Shown here: piece after piece, positions 54,472 through 63,631 of the stretch
Layout: each line of letters starts with the position of its first letter
Position numbering within the stretch: position 1 is the first letter of the stretch
NCBI GenBank assembly: GCA_963744655.1
Contig: CAVUUJ010000002.1
Span: 1,277,864-1,341,863 of the forward strand
Source of the DNA: an uncultured bacterium
Lineage (GTDB): Bacteria > Verrucomicrobiota > Kiritimatiellia > PWTM01
Length of the DNA stretch: 64,000 nt
Reading direction: 5' to 3'
Program-made: the position numbers and the translations under genes
The notes under the pieces: generated by a model
What the model saw: only the letters and a program-made list of their open reading frames with translations
Databases searched by the model: none
Told to the model about the DNA's origin: nothing

Positions 54472-57400
54472 TCAGCGGACCCGCAGGAAGCGCGCCTGGT
54501 GCGGGGCCATCGGCAGGAGCACCGCGCCGTCCTCCGGCGCGAAGTCCTCCTCGGCGGCCACGTCGCGGACCCCGGCGGCAGGCCGGCCGAGCAGGGCGTC
54601 GCCCAGCGCGAGGCGCACGCGCAGCGGCGTCTCCGTCGGGTTGACGACCGCGAGGGCGGCGAGGCCGCTGCCCGCGTGGGCGAAGCCGCCGGCGAGCACG
54701 CGGGCGTCCGAGACCTCCACGAGCCCGCCGGGGTTCCAGTAGCGCACGTGGCGGAGGGCGGGGTCGGCGAGGGGCAGTTCCCGCACGAGCGCGCGGGCGC
54801 GGCCGCCCGGCACCGACAGCCAGTCCCCGGGCGGGCTGCCGACGGGCATGTCGTGCAGCAGGCCGTAGGCGTAGGCCAGGAGGCAGGCTTGGTCCTCCGC
54901 CTCGTTGAGCCGGTCCGCTTCCGCGGTGGGCATGTGCGAGGCCACCATGCCCATGCCGCCCATCGAGACCGTGTAGCCGGCGAAGCGGTCGGGGGTCAGG
55001 CCCTGGTCGATCCAGTCGTCGCCCGCGCGGCGGTGGTACATCGGGCCCTCGACGAACCAGGTGGGGCCGTAGCTGTTCTCGTGGTTGTTGCTCTGCAGCA
55101 GGGCGGGGGGCTTGCCGGAAAGCCACAGGGCGGTGGCGTAGCGGCGGGCGCGCTCCCGGTAGCGGAGCATGGGAGTGAAGGATCGCAGCGCGCCGTCGTC
55201 GCGCCGGTAGGCGCCGCCGGTGAGGTCGCTCCGGAAGACGCCGGCGAACGCGCGCGGATGGGGCTCGTAGCAGTCGAAGAAGCAACCGTTGGCCCCCGTG
55301 GCGTCGCTGATGCGCATCATGTACCAGAGCCAGGCGTCGACGAAGCTGTCGTTCATGACGGAGTAGAACACCGTGAGCTGTTCGGGCCGAATCCAGTAGG
55401 CCGTCCCGCCGTAGTTCGTCCAGCGCGCGAAGTCGGAATCCGGGCGGCGGGTCTCCAGGGTGCGCGAGGAATGCGTCCAGCCGCTGCCGAAGGTGGGGAA
55501 CTCCCGCATCGCGCAGCTCGCGGCGAAGGTGCACCCGTAGAGGGTCAGCGGGTAGCCTTGCTGGAAGCGCTCGAGGCGGACGCGGTAGCGCGAGTTGTGC
55601 CCCGGGGGGGCGTCTTCGGGCCTGAAGTAGTGCGGCGCGTAGCCGTCGCTCTCCCGCAGGAAACGGCGCAGGCCCTCGAGGCCCTCGGCGGTGTCGAGCT
55701 GGAAGCCGTTGACCCCGTCGCCGTAGTAGCGGTAGCCGGCGGTGTCGTGCGAGCGCAGGCCCTGCCAGAAGGCCTGCCGGTAGCCGGCGGCTTTCGGGCG
55801 CGTGGGCGTGGCCGCCAGGGCGAAGTCGATCGTGCGCGGGCGGTCGAGCCGCGTCGGCCGCGCGAACAGGCGCAGGCGCAGGGCCAGTTCGCCGTTCTCG
55901 CGCACGAGCAGGACCTGGTCCTCGCCGTCGGGCACGTTCCAGCCGCGGTCGCTCTCGTTGATCCAGAAGAGGCCGTGGTCGAAGTCGCCCGCGAAGATCA
56001 GCGGCACGAAGTGGCCCGTGAAGGCGGGGTGGGGCTGCAGGTCCGACCCGCGGGCGAGGACGCCCTCGCCCGCCGGGATGGCCCCGAGGCCCTCGATCTC
56101 CGTGAGCCGGCCGAACCGGTAGATCGAGGCGGAGGGGTTGACGGGCACGGTGAGGGTGAGCGCGTCGACGGTGACGGGTTCCGGCGCGTCGAGCGTGAGC
56201 CGCACGCGGTAGTAGCCGTCGTAGTCCAGCCGCCCCTCGACCGCGGCGCGCACGGGGCCGAGCCGAGCGGCGGCGCGGACGTCGGCGGCGAAGCCGTCGG
56301 TCGGCTCCAGTTCGAAGTCGCGCCCGGCGACGGGGCAGGCGTTCGTGGCCAGCTCGTAGCGATCGAACCCCGCGGGGAAGCGGGTCCCGGGCATGCGCTT
56401 GAGGGTGAGGGGGCCTTCGCCGACGGCCCCGACGCGCCGGCCGTCCACGACGGCTTCCAGCCGCACGGGGCCGCCGAGCACGTCCTCGCCCTGCGAGACG
56501 AGGGCGGCGGGCAGGCCGGCGGGCCCGAACCGGTAGGTCCGGCCCCACACGCGCAGCGAGGCGTCGTCGGGGCCGGGCTCCACCGGCGTCCAGGGCGGCA
56601 GGACGACGGCGTCCCGCCCGAGGGTGTTGCGCTCCCACGGGAAGTGTTCCCGGACGAACGGGAGGACGGCCGCGCCGGAGGGCCCGTCCTCCGCGGCCAC
56701 CGCGAGGTCCAGCCGGTACGTGCCGTCGGGCAGGGGATCGGGGAGTTGCAGAAGCACGCGGCCCTCGCTGTTGCTCACGGCGCCCGCGCCTTCGGCGAGC
56801 ACGCGGCCGGCGGCGTCGAGCGCCCGGGCGGTGAGCCGGTCGGCCCGGGTGATCCGCCGGGCTTTCTCGAGGTTCTCGCCGGTGTAGAGCTGCAGGTTGA
56901 GGCGGGTGCTCACGCGCGCCTCGACGCGTTCCGTGTACGGGTCGTAGACGTAGTCGAACGGGACGCTGATCTCCGGTTCCCGGTAGTGCAGCTCGCGCCA
57001 GCGGGCGTGGGCCGCGGCGACGTCGGCCCGGCCGGGCGTGTAGGGCAGTTCGTGGCGGAAGAGCGGGACCTCGCGCCCGGGCAGGCCGGCGGTCAGTTCG
57101 ACGCTCAGCGTGTTCGGGACGCCCGCGGCCGGCTCGACGCCGGACGTTGCCCGCCACTCGAGGCCCCGCTTCGCCTGGCCGGAGCCGTTCCAGGTCCGGT
57201 CCCACGTCGTGCGGCCGCCGGCGGTGTTGGCGAAGCGCGCGGTGAAGGAGGCCGGGGCGTCGGCCTCGCCGGTCAGCAGCAGGCCTCTGAGGTCCGCGTG
57301 GAGCGAGCCCGAGGGCTGGAGCAGGCGCGGGTAGCTGCCGTTCAGCTGGAAGGTTGCGGGCGCCTCCGGGTCGAAGAGGACGGCCGGCATCCGGTCCCAC

Positions 57401-58095
57401 CCGTCCGCCCCGGCGCCGCCCCAGCTCAGGTAGTGCGGATCGGTCGACCACGCGAGGTGCAGCTTCGCCTCGCGCCCGTCGAGCGGGGCCCCGTCGAGCA
57501 GGTCCAGGGGGATGCGCCACTCCACCTGCCACCACAGGCCGGGCACGTGCGCCACGCCGACGTAGTTCCCGACGGCGATGCGGCCGGGGTCGACGGGCAG
57601 GTTCTGCCCGGGGAGCGCCTGCATGCGGTAGGCCCACAGGGCGCCGTTGGGGTTGAGGGCCAGGCGCAGGTAGGGGACGCCGGGCGTGCCGACGCGGGGG
57701 TCGAGCGCCACCTGGACGACGAGGTGGTCGTCGTCGAAGACGGCCGGGTCGTTGGGTTCCGTCGCGCGGGCGACGAAGTGTTCGCCCGCGGGCTCGAGCT
57801 GGACCATGGTGGCCAGGTACAGCGCCGCGTCGTCGTAGGTGATCCACCAGCTCGCGTCGCGGCCGACGGCGGGCGCGCCGGGCAGCCGCGTGTCGCGCAG
57901 GCCGCAGAAGGCGGAGGCGCGGCTCCAGCCGAAGCCCTTGAACGGGCCGCCGGTGCAGTGGGGGGGCACGCCGCGGACGGGCGCGACCCGGACCCAGGGC
58001 GCATCGGGCCCCCCGGGTTCCGGGGCGGCGTGCGCGAACGGGGCGAGGAGAAGGGCGAGGGCCGCCGGGAGGAGTCGTCGCAGGTGCATGGTCAT
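54472..58095 (-). CDS. giant-paralog family member D (secreted)
   Basis: 1,207-aa intact ORF. Signal peptide MTMHLRRLLPAALALLLAPFAHA. Motifs HFPWERNTLG..VLPPWTPV, VWGRTYRFGPAGLPAALVSQG, IDFALAATPTRP and GANGCFFDCYEP. Confidence 0.8.
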   Translation of the reverse strand: MTMHLRRLLPAALALLLAPFAHAAPEPGGPDAPWVRVAPVRGVPPHCTGGPFKGFGWSRASAFCGLRDTRLPGAPAVGRDASWWITYDDAALYLATMVQLEPAGEHFVARATEPNDPAVFDDDHLVVQVALDPRVGTPGVPYLRLALNPNGALWAYRMQALPGQNLPVDPGRIAVGNYVGVAHVPGLWWQVEWRIPLDLLDGAPLDGREAKLHLAWSTDPHYLSWGGAGADGWDRMPAVLFDPEAPATFQLNGSYPRLLQPSGSLHADLRGLLLTGEADAPASFTARFANTAGGRTTWDRTWNGSGQAKRGLEWRATSGVEPAAGVPNTLSVELTAGLPGREVPLFRHELPYTPGRADVAAAHARWRELHYREPEISVPFDYVYDPYTERVEARVSTRLNLQLYTGENLEKARRITRADRLTARALDAAGRVLAEGAGAVSNSEGRVLLQLPDPLPDGTYRLDLAVAAEDGPSGAAVLPFVREHFPWERNTLGRDAVVLPPWTPVEPGPDDASLRVWGRTYRFGPAGLPAALVSQGEDVLGGPVRLEAVVDGRRVGAVGEGPLTLKRMPGTRFPAGFDRYELATNACPVAGRDFELEPTDGFAADVRAAARLGPVRAAVEGRLDYDGYYRVRLTLDAPEPVTVDALTLTVPVNPSASIYRFGRLTEIEGLGAIPAGEGVLARGSDLQPHPAFTGHFVPLIFAGDFDHGLFWINESDRGWNVPDGEDQVLLVRENGELALRLRLFARPTRLDRPRTIDFALAATPTRPKAAGYRQAFWQGLRSHDTAGYRYYGDGVNGFQLDTAEGLEGLRRFLRESDGYAPHYFRPEDAPPGHNSRYRVRLERFQQGYPLTLYGCTFAASCAMREFPTFGSGWTHSSRTLETRRPDSDFARWTNYGGTAYWIRPEQLTVFYSVMNDSFVDAWLWYMMRISDATGANGCFFDCYEPHPRAFAGVFRSDLTGGAYRRDDGALRSFTPMLRYRERARRYATALWLSGKPPALLQSNNHENSYGPTWFVEGPMYHRRAGDDWIDQGLTPDRFAGYTVSMGGMGMVASHMPTAEADRLNEAEDQACLLAYAYGLLHDMPVGSPPGDWLSVPGGRARALVRELPLADPALRHVRYWNPGGLVEVSDARVLAGGFAHAGSGLAALAVVNPTETPLRVRLALGDALLGRPAAGVRDVAAEEDFAPEDGAVLLPMAPHQARFLRVR

Positions 58096-58108
58096 CCTTT
58101 CTGCCGGG

Positions 58109-61100
58109 TCACTCGGCTTCGAACGCGATGAGACGGACGTCGTGCCAGGGCACGTCCACGGGGCCGGCGAGGCGCAGGCCGCCGCCCTCCGCCGGCTCGA
58201 GCGGGACGTCCTTCCAGGTTTCCAGGTCGTAGGCGCGCAGGGGGCGGTCCGCGGCGGCGGCGCCGAGGAGGGCGGCCGGGACGACGACCGTGCCCGCGGC
58301 GTCGAGGTCGCGGCCCTCCGCGGTGTTCACGATCACGGCGACGGCCGTCCGCCGGCCGTCGTGCCGGTAGAGCGACACGGCCAAGGCCGGGTCCGGGGGG
58401 CGGACGGCGTCGCCGGTCCGCCAGTAGCCGCGGAAGAGGCAGGCCCGCGGGTTCTCGTAGTCCACGGCGAAGACCAGCCTGCGCAGCGCGTCCGGCAGGA
58501 ACTCGCCGTCGCCCTCCGCCCCGCCGCGCACGTCGTGCAGCAGGCAGACGGCGGCGACGCTGCGGCGCACCTTGCGGTCCAGCTCCGGCGTCGTGCCGCG
58601 GTAGTGCCGCAGCGAGGGCACGGGCACGAGCATGGTGCTGCGCGTGCGTGTCATGGCGCGCCACTCGGCCAGCGACATCTGCTGCAGCGCCGTGCGGTCC
58701 GGGCCGTCGGCGTAGTAGTCCCCCTCGATCATCCAGAAGTACTGCGTCCAGGCGTAGTCGGTGTGGGCGTGCTGGACGTACTGCGGGGGCCGGGCCAGCC
58801 GCCAGCCGAGCACGTTGAGCCGCTTCGTCAGTTCGCGGCGCCGGGGCTGGTTCCAGACCTCGAGGACCGCGTCCGCGTCCGGGTCGTACTCGCGCACGGT
58901 CCACAGCTGGCTGTCGTCCCACCACGTCCCGTTCACGCCCGCGTCGCGCAGGAGGCGGCGGTGGTTCCAGACGTAGTGGTCGACCAGGCTGCGGGTCCAG
59001 TTCACGCTCGCCGCGCTGACCTGCCGGTCGGCGGTCCACTGCCGGGTGCCGCCGTAGTTCCACCAGCCGAGGTACTCGACCCCGTTGCGCGGGGCGGTCC
59101 AGGCCTGGTCGCCCATCCACTCGCCGCCGAAGGTGTCGGATTCCTCCATGCCGAGGCCGGTCATGACGGTCGAGCCGTACAGGATCACGCGGCCGCCCCC
59201 GCGCGCGGCGGCGTGGCGGTCGACGTTGTGGCCGGGCGCGTAGCGCGCCTCGCTCCGGCCCGACTGGCCGCGGGGACCGTAGAGGAGGAAGCGGCGCAAC
59301 GCGTCGTAGTCCTCGTCCGTGTACAGGTCGTAGCCGTTCACCGAGGCGCCGTAGTAGCGCCAGCCCGACGTGTCCTGGTAGCGGCGCGGGCCGCCCGCGC
59401 GGTAGTCGCGGTCGTTGGGCTTCACGGGCAGGAACTGGAAGGCGAAGTCGACGGGGGGGCGGTCGCGCATGGCCGTGCGCCCGGCGACCAGGCGCACGCG
59501 CAGCCGGACCGTGCCGTCCGGCAGCCGTTCGACGCGCACCGCGGGGTCGTCGCCGGACGTGACCCAGCCCCGGTCGCTCCACGCGTGGAACTGCAGGGCG
59601 CGGTCTCCGTTGCCGACGAGCACGTTCGGCACGAAGCTGCGCCAGTCCTTGCCCGTCGGGGAGGCGCTGCGCCCGAGCGGGAGCAGGTCGGTGGACCGGA
59701 AGTGCACCCCCGCTTCCCGGGGGATGCCGCCGAGGAAGTTGCCGTAGCGCGCGCCGCCCATCCGCTGGACGTACAGCGTGTCCGCCGGGCTGTCCGGCGT
59801 GTCGCGCAGGTCCGCGACGAGGTCCAGGCGCTCGACCTCGGCGCCGCCCTCGACGCGCAGCCGCGCCTGGTACCAGCCGTCGTAGTCCACGAAGCCTTCC
59901 AGCGAAGCGGCCAGCGGGCCGAGCCGGGAGGCGGCGGTGAAGGCGACGCGGTGGTCCGCGGCCTGCGTGAAGACCGGACCTTCGCCTTCGGAGACGACGA
60001 CGGCCCCGTCGACGACCGCCTCCAGGCGCATGGGCGCCGCCAGCAGCGGCGCCGCGGCGCCGGCCGTGCCGGTGGGCGGGTCGAGCAGGGCCTGCCCGAC
60101 GAGCCCGTCGGCGCCGAGCGTGAGCACGCGGCGGAGCCGCGTGTCCGCCAGGCCGCCCTGGCCGTCGAGCGTGAGGCGGCGGGCGGCCGGGTCGGCCGCG
60201 ATCGGGAGGTAGGGCGGGATGACCTCGTCGTCGAGGCCGAGCGTGTTGTGCTCCCAGGGATAGTGCTTGCGGCGGAAGGGGACGACCTTCTCGTCGAGCG
60301 GGCCGCCCGCGTCGTCGAGCAGGCGCACGACGGCCTCGTAGCCGCCGTCCTCCAGGTCCGGCAGGTCGAGGAGCAGTCGCTCCCCGGTCCGGTCCGCGAT
60401 CGCCCCCGCTCCCCGCGCGAGGACCTCGCCGCCGGCGGTCCGCACCTCGCCGGCGAAGCGGCGCGCCGCCTCCACGCCCGGCGGGAGGCCGAAGAAGTCG
60501 AGGTCGACCGTCGCCTCCAGCTTGTTCGCGTACGGCAGGTAGGCCGCGAGGGCCTTCCAGTCGCCCTTGGGCCGGCGTTCCACCCAGGGCCGGATGCGCG
60601 CCGCCACGTAGGCCTCGTCCAGCTTCACGAACGGTTGACGGTGCCGGTAGAGCAGGCGGGGTCCGCCGTCGCGCTGTTCGACGACGCGCAGTTCGACGTG
60701 GTTGCGCTCGCCGTAGCGGGCGAGGTCGACCGCCGCGACCGGCACCTCGGCCTGCCAGAGGAGTTCGGCCGTCGCGCCGGCGTCCGGGTCGGTCGTCCGG
60801 GTCTCCTCGTACACCGCCCGGCCGGAGGGGTCCTCGACGCGGAGCGTCGCCCCGATGCGGCGCGGCGCGCCGCCCGCGGCGACGCCGACGCGCGCGTCGA
60901 GCCGGCCGGCCATGATTTCGCCGAGCCGGTCGAAGGCCACCGCCGGGGCGTCGGAGCGGAAGGTGACGCGCGCGAAGCGCGTCCAGGAGTTCCACGACTG
61001 GGGGACCCACGCGGCGTAGTAGATGCCCGTCGGCTCGTCGGCGCGCACGAGCTGGATCATGAGCGTCCGGCCCTCGAGCGACGCGAGCCCGAGCTGCCGG

Positions 61101-61681
61101 ACGGGGATGGCCATCTCCATCTCCCAGGCCCGGTCCGTGACGTGCGAGCGCACGTCGCCGCCGAAGGACCAGCGGTCCTCCGTGCCGGGCGTGCCGTTGA
61201 AGTGGTGGGCGTCGGACACGACGTCCTTCGCGTTGGTCATGATCTTGTAGAAGCCGCGCGGCGGGGCCGTGGCCTCTTCGGGAGGGCCCGTGCAGATCTG
61301 GATCTCGGTGTGGTCGTCCCAGAGGATGTGGTAGGCGTCGTCGAAGTCCTTGACCCGGGTCACGGGCCAGGTGCCCTCGGGGTGGGGCGAGTGCATGGCG
61401 AGGTAGAGGCGCGCGCCGTCGTAGCCGATGCGCCAGGTCACCTGCTGGAGTTCGGGCACGAGCGTGTAGGGGCCGACGCCCGAGCCGACGGCGGCCATGC
61501 CGGTGAAGGCGGCGGCGCCGCCCCACTCGTCCTCCCCGATGCGCCCGTCGATCACGGGCGCGCGGTCCAGGGCCGGCGCCACGAGTTCGGGGTGGTCGTC
61601 GGCCGCGTGCTCCCGGGCTTGCCCCGCCGGAGGAACCGCCGCCAGCGCCAGGCCCGCCAGGACGAATGCCGTGCGCGTCAT
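58109..61681 (-). CDS. giant-paralog family member E (secreted, CBM9/DOMON-like N-terminus)
   Basis: Start MTRTAFVLAGLALAAVPPAGQA (ATG 61681, GGAGGAGA RBS). Motifs APVIDGRIGEDEWGGAAAF, AWEMEMAIPVRQL, HYPWEHNTLG..VIPPYLP, VDFAFQFLPVKP and GVNGTWWDDSQL. Confidence 0.8.
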   Translation of the reverse strand: MTRTAFVLAGLALAAVPPAGQAREHAADDHPELVAPALDRAPVIDGRIGEDEWGGAAAFTGMAAVGSGVGPYTLVPELQQVTWRIGYDGARLYLAMHSPHPEGTWPVTRVKDFDDAYHILWDDHTEIQICTGPPEEATAPPRGFYKIMTNAKDVVSDAHHFNGTPGTEDRWSFGGDVRSHVTDRAWEMEMAIPVRQLGLASLEGRTLMIQLVRADEPTGIYYAAWVPQSWNSWTRFARVTFRSDAPAVAFDRLGEIMAGRLDARVGVAAGGAPRRIGATLRVEDPSGRAVYEETRTTDPDAGATAELLWQAEVPVAAVDLARYGERNHVELRVVEQRDGGPRLLYRHRQPFVKLDEAYVAARIRPWVERRPKGDWKALAAYLPYANKLEATVDLDFFGLPPGVEAARRFAGEVRTAGGEVLARGAGAIADRTGERLLLDLPDLEDGGYEAVVRLLDDAGGPLDEKVVPFRRKHYPWEHNTLGLDDEVIPPYLPIAADPAARRLTLDGQGGLADTRLRRVLTLGADGLVGQALLDPPTGTAGAAAPLLAAPMRLEAVVDGAVVVSEGEGPVFTQAADHRVAFTAASRLGPLAASLEGFVDYDGWYQARLRVEGGAEVERLDLVADLRDTPDSPADTLYVQRMGGARYGNFLGGIPREAGVHFRSTDLLPLGRSASPTGKDWRSFVPNVLVGNGDRALQFHAWSDRGWVTSGDDPAVRVERLPDGTVRLRVRLVAGRTAMRDRPPVDFAFQFLPVKPNDRDYRAGGPRRYQDTSGWRYYGASVNGYDLYTDEDYDALRRFLLYGPRGQSGRSEARYAPGHNVDRHAAARGGGRVILYGSTVMTGLGMEESDTFGGEWMGDQAWTAPRNGVEYLGWWNYGGTRQWTADRQVSAASVNWTRSLVDHYVWNHRRLLRDAGVNGTWWDDSQLWTVREYDPDADAVLEVWNQPRRRELTKRLNVLGWRLARPPQYVQHAHTDYAWTQYFWMIEGDYYADGPDRTALQQMSLAEWRAMTRTRSTMLVPVPSLRHYRGTTPELDRKVRRSVAAVCLLHDVRGGAEGDGEFLPDALRRLVFAVDYENPRACLFRGYWRTGDAVRPPDPALAVSLYRHDGRRTAVAVIVNTAEGRDLDAAGTVVVPAALLGAAAADRPLRAYDLETWKDVPLEPAEGGGLRLAGPVDVPWHDVRLIAFEAE

Positions 61682-61749
61682 CTTCCGTCTCCTCCACTTC
61701 CCGTCGTGGTTCCCGCGCGCCGCGCGCGGCCGTCGCCCCGTCCCGGCGG

Positions 61750-62523
61750 TCACGGCCCGTAGCGCTCCGCGAAGCGGCCCGCCGTCTCCGCCGTGAAGTA
61801 CCGGGCGCCGGGGTCGTCGCCGGCCCCGTCCGTCAGCGGCGCGGCGTCGAGCCAGGCCCCTTCGAGAACGGTGGTCCGGAGCAGGGCCGCCAGGTCCTCG
61901 CGCGCCGGGAGGCCGATCGCGTACAGCGCCGGGCCGCCGCCCTTTTCGGGGAGCTCGCCCTGTTCCAGTCTCGTGGGCAGGCCGACCAGCGAGACCACCG
62001 CGTCCGCGCGGCCCGCGGCGCGGGCCAGCAGGGCGCGCGCGTCCGCGCCGGTCCACCACAGGCCGCAGTCCACCGGCATCATCGAGGACGTCGCGCGGCG
62101 GCTGCGGAAGGCGGAGGCGGGCAGGCGGGCGAGGCCCTCGCTCACCTCGGGGTCGAGGGGAATGCCCTCGCGCTCCACCACGAGGCCGGCCGACGCGAGC
62201 GCCCGCTCGAGGCGCGACGCCAGTCCCGCCACGCGGCTGCCGACGCCCGCGCCGGTGTCCTCCGGCAGCGTCCAGATCGTGACGCGGCCGCCGGGGTGGC
62301 GCCGCCCCACGTCTTCGGCCACGGCGTCGATCGCCGCGTCGCGCCAGTCGGCGGCCAGCCGGTCGCCCGGCGCGGGCGGCCGGTGCGCGGCGCGGCCCAG
62401 CGCGAGCAGGCAGGCGAGGACCGCGAGACCTGCCGACGCGGGCCCCGCGTGGCGCACGCCGCGGCGTCCGAGCCACGCGAAGGCGACGGTGCCGAGAACC
62501 AACAGCACGATCCATCCGATCAT
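61750..62523 (-). CDS. membrane-anchored hypothetical protein
   Basis: Start MIGWIVLLVLGTVAFAWLG (ATG 62523, GGGAGGGAG RBS). Two N-terminal hydrophobic helices followed by a ~200-aa soluble domain. No family recognised. Confidence 0.6.
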   Translation of the reverse strand: MIGWIVLLVLGTVAFAWLGRRGVRHAGPASAGLAVLACLLALGRAAHRPPAPGDRLAADWRDAAIDAVAEDVGRRHPGGRVTIWTLPEDTGAGVGSRVAGLASRLERALASAGLVVEREGIPLDPEVSEGLARLPASAFRSRRATSSMMPVDCGLWWTGADARALLARAAGRADAVVSLVGLPTRLEQGELPEKGGGPALYAIGLPAREDLAALLRTTVLEGAWLDAAPLTDGAGDDPGARYFTAETAGRFAERYGP

Positions 62524-62804
62524 CGCTCTCTCCCTCCCGCCGGCCGGCCTTCCGGAAGGCGCACGACGGGCCGGGCCGGCAGCGCGGGCGCGTCGTACGA
62601 ACGGCAGGTGCCCGGCTCCGCGCGCCCCGGACCCGCCTTCCGGTGGAGCGGGCCGAGGGGGTTGCCGCGGCGTCCGACCCCGGTCACGCGCGGCGTGTGC
62701 GGGCCGGTCCGCCCCGTGCCGCCGAGGCGGCCGCCCCGGGACCACGGCTTCGCGAACTCGCGCCGCAACGCGCGGGCCGGTGCGTGAAGGGGGCCCATCA
62801 CGCC

Positions 62805-63515
62805 CTACCAGGGATAGTGCGGGGTCTTGTTCGGGTTGAGCGAGCCGCTGGGCAGCGTGGAGATGTCCTCTTCCTCCACGCGCGCGACATGGCCGTCGCC
62901 GAACGAGAGGTTCGCCGCGCCGCGATGCCAGAGCCCGATCTGCGTCGACTGCCACATCTGGTACCAGTGCCCCGTCAGGTATTGCGACAGCGCGACATCC
63001 CCGTAAAGGAAGCGCGAGGAGAGTCGCGGGACCCGGTCGCTCCGCGGCCAGCCCTGGCTCCACGTGTGGACCTTGGCATTCATCGCGTAGCCGGCGCCCC
63101 AGGTGTAATGGAAGGCGTGCGCCTCGCGGGCCGTCTGTATCCAGGCGGGGCAGTAGAGGATCGGGTAGTCGCTCGACTTCCGGCCTGTGCGGTACGTCTG
63201 CGAACCGTCGAGGTACCCGTAGTCGCGCAGGATCGAGGCCCACACACCGTTCCGCTGGAAGGGCGCGCCGGGCGGGGAGCCTGTCCACGTCGGCGGCAGG
63301 AAACCCTGGTCGGCCTCGAACAGAAAGGCCAGGTGGGTCAGGTTGCGCAGGTTGTTCACGCAAACGAGATCGCGCGCCCGTTCGCGGGCGTTGCGCAGCG
63401 CCGGCATCGTCAGGGCGATCAGCGTGGCGATGATCGCTATGACGACGAGCAATTCCACCAGCGTGAAGGCGCGCCGTCCGCCGCACCCGCGTTTTCCGGC
63501 CGCACTCGCTCCCAT
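62805..63515 (-). CDS. prepilin-type N-terminal cleavage/methylation domain protein with an H-X9-DG motif (DUF1559-like pseudopilin)
   Basis: ..[29 protein letters not shown] (class III signal) and [14 protein letters not shown] near the C-terminus. ATG 63515 lies 6 nt after GGAGGA (alternative start 63521). Confidence 0.8.
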   Translation of the reverse strand: MGASAAGKRGCGGRRAFTLVELLVVIAIIATLIALTMPALRNARERARDLVCVNNLRNLTHLAFLFEADQGFLPPTWTGSPPGAPFQRNGVWASILRDYGYLDGSQTYRTGRKSSDYPILYCPAWIQTAREAHAFHYTWGAGYAMNAKVHTWSQGWPRSDRVPRLSSRFLYGDVALSQYLTGHWYQMWQSTQIGLWHRGAANLSFGDGHVARVEEEDISTLPSGSLNPNKTPHYPW

Positions 63516-63631
63516 CGGCATTCCTCCGCGCGATTCCGGACCGCACCCCCCCGGCGCTTGCCCGCCGAACGCGGACGCCATCCTGCGGCCCGCCGGCGGA
63601 GAAGGCAATAAAAGAATCGATATGATAAGAG

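Noticed and set aside
52424-57847. 1,807-aa minus-strand ORF that looks like one giant gene.
   Set aside because: Only its last third (from VDNPLPFVPASL, GTG 54454) is protein-like, and that part is the N-terminus of paralog C. The upstream ~1,100 aa are an out-of-frame shadow over paralog D. The same logic applies to 48904..53673, 47381..50884, 58109..62515, 37430..40891 and 11414..14104, whose 5' parts were trimmed to motif- and RBS-supported starts.
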